From Piedraia hortae CBS 480.64 (lineage: Eukaryota), in assembly GCA_010093745.1 (NCBI GenBank), contig MU005983.1, positions 62,001 through 126,000 on the forward strand: DNA of 64,000 nucleotides, given 5' to 3'. Below are positions 56,472 through 64,000 of the stretch, piece after piece (the stretch's first letter is position 1; every line of letters starts with the position of its first letter). Both the position numbers and the translations under genes were made by a program. The notes below the pieces were generated by a model. That model searched no databases and had not been told where the DNA came from. It was given only the letters and a program-made list of their open reading frames with translations.

Positions 56472-59042
56472 CTACTCATCCGTGCCCCTGGCTTCTTCTG
56501 CTGTCACCGGAACGGTCTCTCCCGGCAGCATGCTTTCCTCTCCCTTACTTGGCATTGCAGGTTCTGATGACTCCGATGGCAGTATAGCCTCGTTCTTTGG
56601 CAGCACTGAAGGCTTGGCCCCCTTCGAAGTTTCCGCTGGTAATATATCACTGTCGGCACCGGGCACGTCATGCCCATGACTTTCTTCCACAGATGGCTTA
56701 CCCGTCGCTTGACCATGAGTCGCAGACTCTGACTGCTTTGATGCCTGTCTTTCCGTTGATGTGGTTCCAGTAGCACTTTCTTCGAATTCTTTTGAGGCCA
56801 CTTTCGAAGTTTGGATAGGTGGAACCCGTAACTCGTCGTCCACAATCTCCCAAACCGTCACTGGTCCAGACATGGCCAAAGTGGGCTCGGCTACAGTAGC
56901 CTTGGTGGCAGTGCTGCGCTTAGCAGGCCCTCGAGCCCTTCCCTTCCTTGCATCAGCAAGAGGCTCTTGAGAGACCGCGGAAGCCGTGTCAGGATTGACC
57001 TCCTCTTTAGCCTTTGGTGGTGGAGCCTGAGGTCCGAGCTTCAGTCTGTTATTCAAATCGTTCATAAAAGACGACTGGAGTGCTGCAATTTTACCGCCAG
57101 CAGGTCTCGGAGGCACGGTGGGTTTTACACCCGGTACGGGTACGGGAGGGGATTTAACGCTGCTACCACTCACAGCAGAAGATGCTCCGGTAGAAGCTGC
57201 TGAGGTGGTTTTCGCCAAGGGTGCACCAATGCCATCCGAATGTGACGGGCGCGACGGGCGAGTAGGCACTGTTGGCTTGGGCCGCCCTGGAACGACTGGC
57301 TTGCTTTTTTCAATGCCTTTTTCTTGAATTGGCTCCTCCTTGACTGGTCTAGCGGGCATCGTTGATCCATCTCCTTCGGCCTTTTGCGCACTAGACGAGG
57401 TCTGAGGCGGGGTCGAATCCTCCGGGCTCGTCTGTTCCATCTGAGGCTTGCTGACCGTTGTCTCAAGATGCATACTCTCAGGGGTGTCCTCCCAAATATC
57501 CCTGCTTGGAAAGCGCTGAAAAACAGGTCGGTTGGGTTGCATGCGTCCCAGTTCCGTGCCGGGCTGAGCGTCTGTCTCCGGGCGGGGTGGCTCTGGAGTG
57601 CTCACCGTCGCTTGATCCTTCAGGGACTCTGGCGCGTCCTCCCACACATCTTTACTGGGAAAGCGATGGTATGCTGGCTTGGCCACTGCTGTACTACCTC
57701 TAGGCTTCTCATCGTCGGCAAATAGTGGCTCGTATTCCTCAATTTCTTGGAGATGGGTGTCTGGATGGTCATCATTGGACGAAATACGATGCTGTCGATT
57801 AGAGGCACGGCTAGATGAGCGGCTGTTTGCCCGTGCACTGCCTGAGCGGTTCAACGGAGTCACATGGTCATGTGGCTCGTCAGGTTCTACTGCCGGTGCC
57901 ATAAAGGCGCTGTGAGGACGTTTCACGACTTCGTCCGAGGCCAATATTGGTTCTTCACCGTGCTCCGTGTGGTCACCCTCCACATCAGTCTTGCCATCCA
58001 CAGCGCCGCCGCCGGTCACCTTGTTGCCTCTAAAATGTGGATCAATATGAATGACTTCATCCTGGGTACTCTCATGTCTACGCAACGGGGACACCATGGA
58101 CGGTTCATGGCCACTTGATGGCTGCTTCTGTAATGACAGACGGTTCTGGGGCGGTATTGGCGAGCCAAGACGCTTGGCGTAAATGTCATGGGCTTCAAAG
58201 GCAACTTCGGGTTCCGGTGTCCCCAAAGCTTGGCGCGACGATTCAGTGCCGTACTCGCTGCTCTCGGACACTAGTTTATTCAGCTGTTCACTGCTCATTG
58301 CCGATTCTGGCCTCAACAGATATGGACTGCGTTCCTTGGCAGCCTCCTCGGGATGCTTGGCGATCCAATCCTTTTCAAACCGATTTTGCTTTGCACTACC
58401 ACGACCGCGGATACCATAGCTGTCTGAAGTATAAGGATTGGGTCTCGAGCCCGGCTGTCTACCCGGCGAAGGCGCCTGCACGTCACCAGCATTTGGAAAT
58501 AAAGGAATCTGCTGGCCAATCTCTGGAATACCCTCGTGGTGGTCGTAATTTGGACGGTCGACACTCTGTCTCGGTTGCAAGGGGTGCGGGTCTGCCTCAT
58601 GGCCACCGGTTTCATTCGAGTCGTCCTCGGGTCTGCTGCGGCCGATGCCTGCCGCTGCAGCTTGGGCAGAGTCCGTACGAGTGACGCCGGCAATTCTACT
58701 CTTGGCAGTCGACTGCGGATGCGAAGCCGTGGGCTGCTGCAGTGGAACATCTGCCGAAACACTCATGGTATGGGGCGGGCGGGCAGACTCCTCCCCGCTA
58801 TTGTAGTGATTGTGTCCAACACCTTGTTCGCCAGCATTGGATGGCAAAGAGACACCGCCACCTTCCCGAGGCTCGTAGTGGGCAGACACTGGAAGGACGC
58901 TTTGGTCAGACGGTGGAACTTCATGGATCTCGGGTGGATTGGGTCTAGATGCAGCTGATGGACGAGGGGGAACCTGTGGAATTTGCTGTTTGGGCTCTTC
59001 TAGTCCTGGCCGGCTGGGGCGGGGAGGCACAGGGGGTGTCAT
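56472..59042 (-). CDS. AIM21: Aim21 (DUF3210) proline-rich actin-associated protein
   Basis: PEIGQQIPLFPNAGDVQAP, PILASDEV, twice RFPS.D.WED.PES, KIAALQSSFMNDLNNRLKLGP, PLADARKGRARGP. Confidence 0.85.
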   Translation of the reverse strand: MTPPVPPRPSRPGLEEPKQQIPQVPPRPSAASRPNPPEIHEVPPSDQSVLPVSAHYEPREGGGVSLPSNAGEQGVGHNHYNSGEESARPPHTMSVSADVPLQQPTASHPQSTAKSRIAGVTRTDSAQAAAAGIGRSRPEDDSNETGGHEADPHPLQPRQSVDRPNYDHHEGIPEIGQQIPLFPNAGDVQAPSPGRQPGSRPNPYTSDSYGIRGRGSAKQNRFEKDWIAKHPEEAAKERSPYLLRPESAMSSEQLNKLVSESSEYGTESSRQALGTPEPEVAFEAHDIYAKRLGSPIPPQNRLSLQKQPSSGHEPSMVSPLRRHESTQDEVIHIDPHFRGNKVTGGGAVDGKTDVEGDHTEHGEEPILASDEVVKRPHSAFMAPAVEPDEPHDHVTPLNRSGSARANSRSSSRASNRQHRISSNDDHPDTHLQEIEEYEPLFADDEKPRGSTAVAKPAYHRFPSKDVWEDAPESLKDQATVSTPEPPRPETDAQPGTELGRMQPNRPVFQRFPSRDIWEDTPESMHLETTVSKPQMEQTSPEDSTPPQTSSSAQKAEGDGSTMPARPVKEEPIQEKGIEKSKPVVPGRPKPTVPTRPSRPSHSDGIGAPLAKTTSAASTGASSAVSGSSVKSPPVPVPGVKPTVPPRPAGGKIAALQSSFMNDLNNRLKLGPQAPPPKAKEEVNPDTASAVSQEPLADARKGRARGPAKRSTATKATVAEPTLAMSGPVTVWEIVDDELRVPPIQTSKVASKEFEESATGTTSTERQASKQSESATHGQATGKPSVEESHGHDVPGADSDILPAETSKGAKPSVLPKNEAILPSESSEPAMPSKGEESMLPGETVPVTAEEARGTDE

Positions 59043-59486
59043 GTTGGCTGTCTACTGTGGATGTGATGGATGATGTCTGTCAAGCGTCACTTTGACAAGT
59101 TCGGCAGCTTTTCAAGTTGAGGTCGTATCACAAGTTCACGTGACTCACCCCTACGTCACAGCTTCTTTTTTGCTAATGACTGGTTTAAATTTGGGCCTAT
59201 CAAGTACGCAGTACTGCTGTGCCGAGTTGGTAGCTTACTATGACCAACTCAATGCTGATACTGTCATGCAAGGGATGGACGACGGAAGAATTACATTGAT
59301 AGCCATGAAGAGAACTACTGTAAGACCAGAAATCCTTGTTAATGCACAATGAGTTCAGGTTCGAACGAATCGTTGACGTACAACAGTCCATTGTTCATTG
59401 TTCCGCTAGCACAATAAACATTCAGAGCCTGCACGTATAAATCGCCTGCTCAGCAGCACTGGAAGGCAAAGTACGATATTTGAAAG

Positions 59487-59981
59487 ATGGAAGGTGTTTT
59501 CTGCAAGACCCGACTACTGAAGACGGCAGAAGATCAATCGACGTGGGGAGTTGAGACTATTGGCAGAGCCCGGGCGCAGATACAGTCTTTGAATGGACGC
59601 TTTGAGCACATACGTCAAAGAATCGTTGGCCGTGTTGAAGTTGCGCTTGAATATCGCTTGTGCTCAAACCAGATTGACGATATCTGCAACATTCCAAAGA
59701 GACTAGAAGCTATCTTGTGCGAGTTGGTGTTTGCCTCCTTATTGCTTACCACGGGAAATATCTTCGATGGCAGAGAACTTGTGGAAAAAGAGATTGAGCG
59801 GTTGAGGTTGCAATTGACGCAGCTGCACCATTTCGAAATAGCTGTGCGATTATGCGAGCATGCTCATGAAGCAGCCATGCGAGAGGAGCTTAGCTTGGAA
59901 ATGTCAATGCTTACCTTTGAGGTGGAGGAAACTCCCAATACGTTGGCATTGGAGCTGCAGAGGGGGTTGAGATTGGAGTAG
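59487..59981 (+). CDS. Hypothetical 164-aa helical/coiled-coil orphan protein
   Basis: ATG-initiated ORF in otherwise intergenic DNA, TATAAA at 59436, Leu/Glu-rich; no family recognised. Confidence 0.4.
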   Translation: MEGVFCKTRLLKTAEDQSTWGVETIGRARAQIQSLNGRFEHIRQRIVGRVEVALEYRLCSNQIDDICNIPKRLEAILCELVFASLLLTTGNIFDGRELVEKEIERLRLQLTQLHHFEIAVRLCEHAHEAAMREELSLEMSMLTFEVEETPNTLALELQRGLRLE

Positions 59982-60057
59982 CATCCAAAGAGTAGCTTTA
60001 GTCGTGAATATTCAGATTGAATGATGAATGGAAAGGATGTCCGAGTTCCCTGGCGAA

Positions 60058-60171
60058 GCGTTGTGCGTTGTGCGACGTGATATGTGAAATGTGAAGGGTG
60101 AAGGGTGGAGTGATGTGCGACGTGAAGAGTGAAGCGTGAAATCTGTGACGTGTGAAGTGTGAAGTGTGATG
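60058..60171. repeat. Degenerate 7-bp minisatellite (NNGTGAA-like)
   Basis: ...atgtgaa atgtgaa gggtgaa gggtgga...gagtgaa gcgtgaa...gtgtgaa gtgtgat; about 15 units. Confidence 0.85.
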
Positions 60172-60282
60172 TCCCCAGCGCGGGCACCTCCCATTTAGGC
60201 AATGATTGGCGCAACCCCAGAATTTGCCAAACGCAACATCAGATTGTTGGACGCGCGTTCACGCGACCAAAAGCCCATCAAA

Positions 60283-63200
60283 ATGTCTTCCATCTTCGGG
60301 ACTACACCAAGTATCGTAGTCACCCAGCCTGCGTCCGGCGATGGCAACAAGCCTAATCCCGGCGCCAGTTCCCTGTTTGGCTCTCTGTCCTCCAACGCAA
60401 CGCCGCAACCGCAGTTCTTCAGCTCTACCAACAGCAATGCGGATGGGACGAACCCCAACGGTAGTATATTCAATCACGGTATCCTCCCCTTACAAGGCTC
60501 AGTCAATTCTGTCGCGCGCGGTCCAAATGGTGAAGCGCCGCAGCCGGCCTACTTTCAGAATCTCCTAGACAAGGCGCCACATAAACGAGGAGCAGATGAT
60601 CGCGGAGGACTGCCACAGCTCCATTATGGGCTGCAGGACATCTCGCGCAAGGTGCGGAACATTGGCCAGGGCGGCCCTTCATCCGGGCTTGGACGAGGCA
60701 CAACAGACAGTCCACGGGGACTTTCTGGCATTAGCTTGGGTCAGTCTGTTCGCAATATTGATTTATTTGCGAGCAGCCGACAGCCGGTCTCTACACCGGA
60801 AGACGCTCTGGATACGTCGATGGCGGCCGGCGTGAAGAGCGATCTTGGCCAGCACCATCGGACCAACTTTGAGAAGTTGATTGCAGACCGTCTGCAGCAG
60901 GCGCAAAAAGAGTTTGATGAAATGATTTACCAGCAGCTGCATGACGTCGATTGGCGTGCCCAGCGCCAGCGCATCTATGAGCACTTTGGCCTGAAAAAGC
61001 CCAGTGGCGGTGTGGCCAGCTCTGTGTCTGGCGACTCACTCAGACGCAGCAAGGGCTTGGGAGGCTCGGAGCTCGGCAAGTCGTATGGCCTGGCTGGATG
61101 GTCCAAGTCGGTCATTGGCACTCCCACGGTTCGTGGTGGCATCCAGAGCACTTTCAATGATGTGGAAGAGAAACTGCCAGTCGACGGGCTCCGGCCGGCG
61201 GTGGAGAGCCGTGTGCAGCGGAAAAAGCAAGACGACTACGCAGTCAAGGTCAAGGAACTCAACGTTGCGCGCATCCAAGACAGTTGCTACCCAGTCTTGG
61301 CCCAGTTCGCCGAGGTCGAAGGCGCCTCGACCAGCGAAGACAATAATATGCTGATCAATGCTTACAGGGCGCTGATCTGCATCACGGGAGAGGATGGCAG
61401 CAAGACGCGACCGTCGGATCCTGGGGCCATTCGAGAGCGGCAATATGCCCAGGATTATCTCGACGATAATGCTGCCGGCAAGGCTCAGCGGGCCATCCGC
61501 ACTCGCATAATTAATGGCTCCCGCACCTTCATGGAGCAGCACTACCTTACCCAGCTTGAACAAACGGTGGCTAAGTACCCTCGTGAAGCTCAAATTGGTG
61601 GTATTCCAGACGTTATTGGCAAAATCAAGGGCTACGTCAAAGTGCGCATTGCCCGCAAGGAACTGGGTCCTGATTTGGATTTGCTGCAGGAGCTTGGTGG
61701 CGACTACTGTTGGGCCGTCGTGTTTTACTGCATCCGTTGCGGTCTCGTAGGCGAGGCTCTGCGCTACGTGGAAAGCAATGCTGCGGCCTTCAAGGCCATT
61801 GACCGCAACTTTGCCCGCTATCTTCGTGCCTTTGTCAACAGTCCACACAACCGGCTGCCAGCCGATATGCAGCGTCTCATCGACAATGAATACTCGACCC
61901 GTATGCGCATTGCACCGGAAAATTCTCTTGATCCCTTCCGCATGATTTGCTACAAGATTATTGGCCGCTGCGAGATAAATCGCCGTAGTCTGGACAACAT
62001 CACGAATGACATGATGGACTGGTTGTGGCTTCAGTTCGTCTTGGCTCGCGAATATCAGCGCGTTGATGAGATGGCCAACGAAGCCTTTGGTCTGGAAGAG
62101 ATTCGCACCGAGATCAAGCAGATTGGCGAGAAGTTCTTTGGTCCCGGCAGCGAGATCCCCAACGCACCAAACACCTTCTTTTTCATGCAGATCGTGGCCG
62201 GTTTGTTTGAAAAGGCCGTGGCTGATTTGTATCCGCACAACTACGTATCGGCCACGCACTTTGCCATTGTCCTCGATTACTACGGTCTGCTGCGCGTTAA
62301 CGGCGACGCCAATGCCGAGGATCTTCTGTCCCAGACTGTCCGTTCGCAGCCGCAGATAGCGTTTGGTCCCCTGGTCGGACGGTATACTGGCGACTTCCGC
62401 ACAGCCGATGCAACGGCCGCTGTAGACTACATCTGCCTCATTTGCCTCAACGCAGACCTAGTAGGCGAAATCGGCCGGGGACAGCGCGATATGTGCTACC
62501 AGGCTTTGCGAGAAGTCGTCTTGGAGACGCGTGAATACGCGCAGCTACTGGGTGATATCCGGTCCGACGGTCGTCGCATCGAAGGCGCCATTGAACAACG
62601 CTTGAAACTCATCAAGCTCGAAAACGAGCGCGATTTCCTCAAGACTATTACCGTTGAAGCCGCGCGTGTGGCCCAGGAACAGAGCCGCACCACCGACGCT
62701 GCTCTCCTATACCATCTCGCAGAGGACTACGACATGGTGATCCAGGTCATCAACGATGCAGTCTCAATAGCCCTCACCACCGAACTTGGCCACTCGCCCG
62801 CCCGCATAGCGCCTCTCAAGCCACGCGTTACGCAGCATGAAGACACAGTTCCCGGGAGCAGTTTAAGCCTGACGGCTGTCGATGACCCCATTGTCCTTGC
62901 CAAAAACATGAATTCACTGTATTCGACCAGCAGCATGTACATGGATAAGATCAGCCGCTTCACCATCGATGCCTCCAACGTTTTGCTTAACCTTGCCAGC
63001 GCGCGGGCTTCCTTTGAAGCGGGCGACTGGCCTGCCTGCATAGAGGTAAGTTGAAAATTCGCCCTTCGAACCGAGACCTTTGCTAACGTGGTAAACAGTT
63101 CATAACATCCTCCCATCTCCTCCCAACCGACGCCAACGGCAACATGACCGTGATCCGCTCACGCGCGCAAACCTTCAGCCAAGTACCCTCTGTTATTAGT

Positions 63201-63422
63201 CGCGTCATTGGCCCCGTCATCCTCTGGGCCGTGAAAAGCTGTGTCAACCAAGCCGACCGCATGCGTAACGCTGAATTCGAAACGGGCGCCCAGCACGAGA
63301 TGATCTCTCAGTGCAAGAGAATCGCCGAAGACGTTTACCTTTGGGCTGGACTAATCAGGTTCAAACTGCCAGGCAGGATCTGGGATGCGCTCGCTGAGGC
63401 TGGCGAGGGCTTTGGGAATTGA
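60283..63422 (+). CDS. NIC96: Nuclear pore protein Nic96 (Nup93), 2 exons
   Basis: LPQLHYGLQDI, DWRAQRQRIYEHFG, REAQIGGIP, WAVVFYCIRCG, DPFRM.CYKIIGRC, DWLWLQF, LLGDIRSDG; intron 63046-63098. Confidence 0.95.
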
Positions 63423-64000
63423 GAGATACAGGGCTACATGATAGGGCGAGAGTGTAATGTGATGGAGGGAGTTTTTTTTTCTTCTCTTTATCTTTCGTTG
63501 CGCCTTGAAGTGCTGTGGTGGTCATGATTGATGGGTTACTGTCAAGTTGCAGAATAGATGAGATTTGTAATACTATGGGAATTTTCGAGAGTGGTTGTGG
63601 CCTACTTGGAATTGTCAATCGTATGGCCAAGGTAAAAGGTGCCTCCCTAGTCTGGTAGGATGTGGGTACTTTTCGACAAGACTGCCAAATGTCGCATACC
63701 GCTTTCGGCAAACGCTAGACTCAAACAGTGCTGCTCCGGGAAGTTTCCCTGCGTGTCAAATTTTGCTTCGCAGTCACGTGCCTGCCATACCACTAAATCG
63801 TGGCTGGAGATCGAACAATTAGGCAAATCACGGATGAGAATACATTACACTCTAAACGAAGGGAAGGGATGGAGGCGCAAAACCCAATCATGTTAACCTT
63901 CCTCGAGTGAGACTGACGAGAGGTGATTGAGATAGGTTTTCCGTGCATCTGAGTTTCGTATATATTAGCGTGGCATCGCTAAGGAGGAAAAACTTTCTTA

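Overview
Gene-dense DNA from a filamentous ascomycete (Pezizomycotina; the protein sequences and the short 44-61 nt introns suggest a compact-genome Dothideomycete, which is inference). The window holds about 27 protein-coding genes, mostly housekeeping. In order: alpha/beta-hydrolase, HMT1/PRMT1, MFS transporter, BCS1, VNX1, a spliced TOM6 missed by the ORF track, RPT6, SSF1, U2SURP-like, TOR, CarX-type carotenoid oxygenase, GCV2, acid trehalase, UTP21, VIP1, ARP9, VOC ring-cleavage dioxygenase plus FAH hydrolase, HSM3-like, TFIIB, ATP14, guanine deaminase, PER1, AIM21, an orphan ORF and NIC96. It also contains two intron-containing tRNAs (Thr-CGT, Ala-TGC), a pogo/Tc5 transposase relic, two paralogous SRPK-like kinase pseudogenes and a 125-nt N gap. 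Most notable: (1) an apparent AT-AC intron with U2-type signals in the dioxygenase gene; (2) an intact TFIIB whose EWRTF B-reader motif is replaced; (3) repeated C/A-rich to G/T-rich strand-skew flips every few kb, independent of gene orientation; (4) a 6-nt tRNA intron. Gene names come from motifs I recognise, not from database searches.
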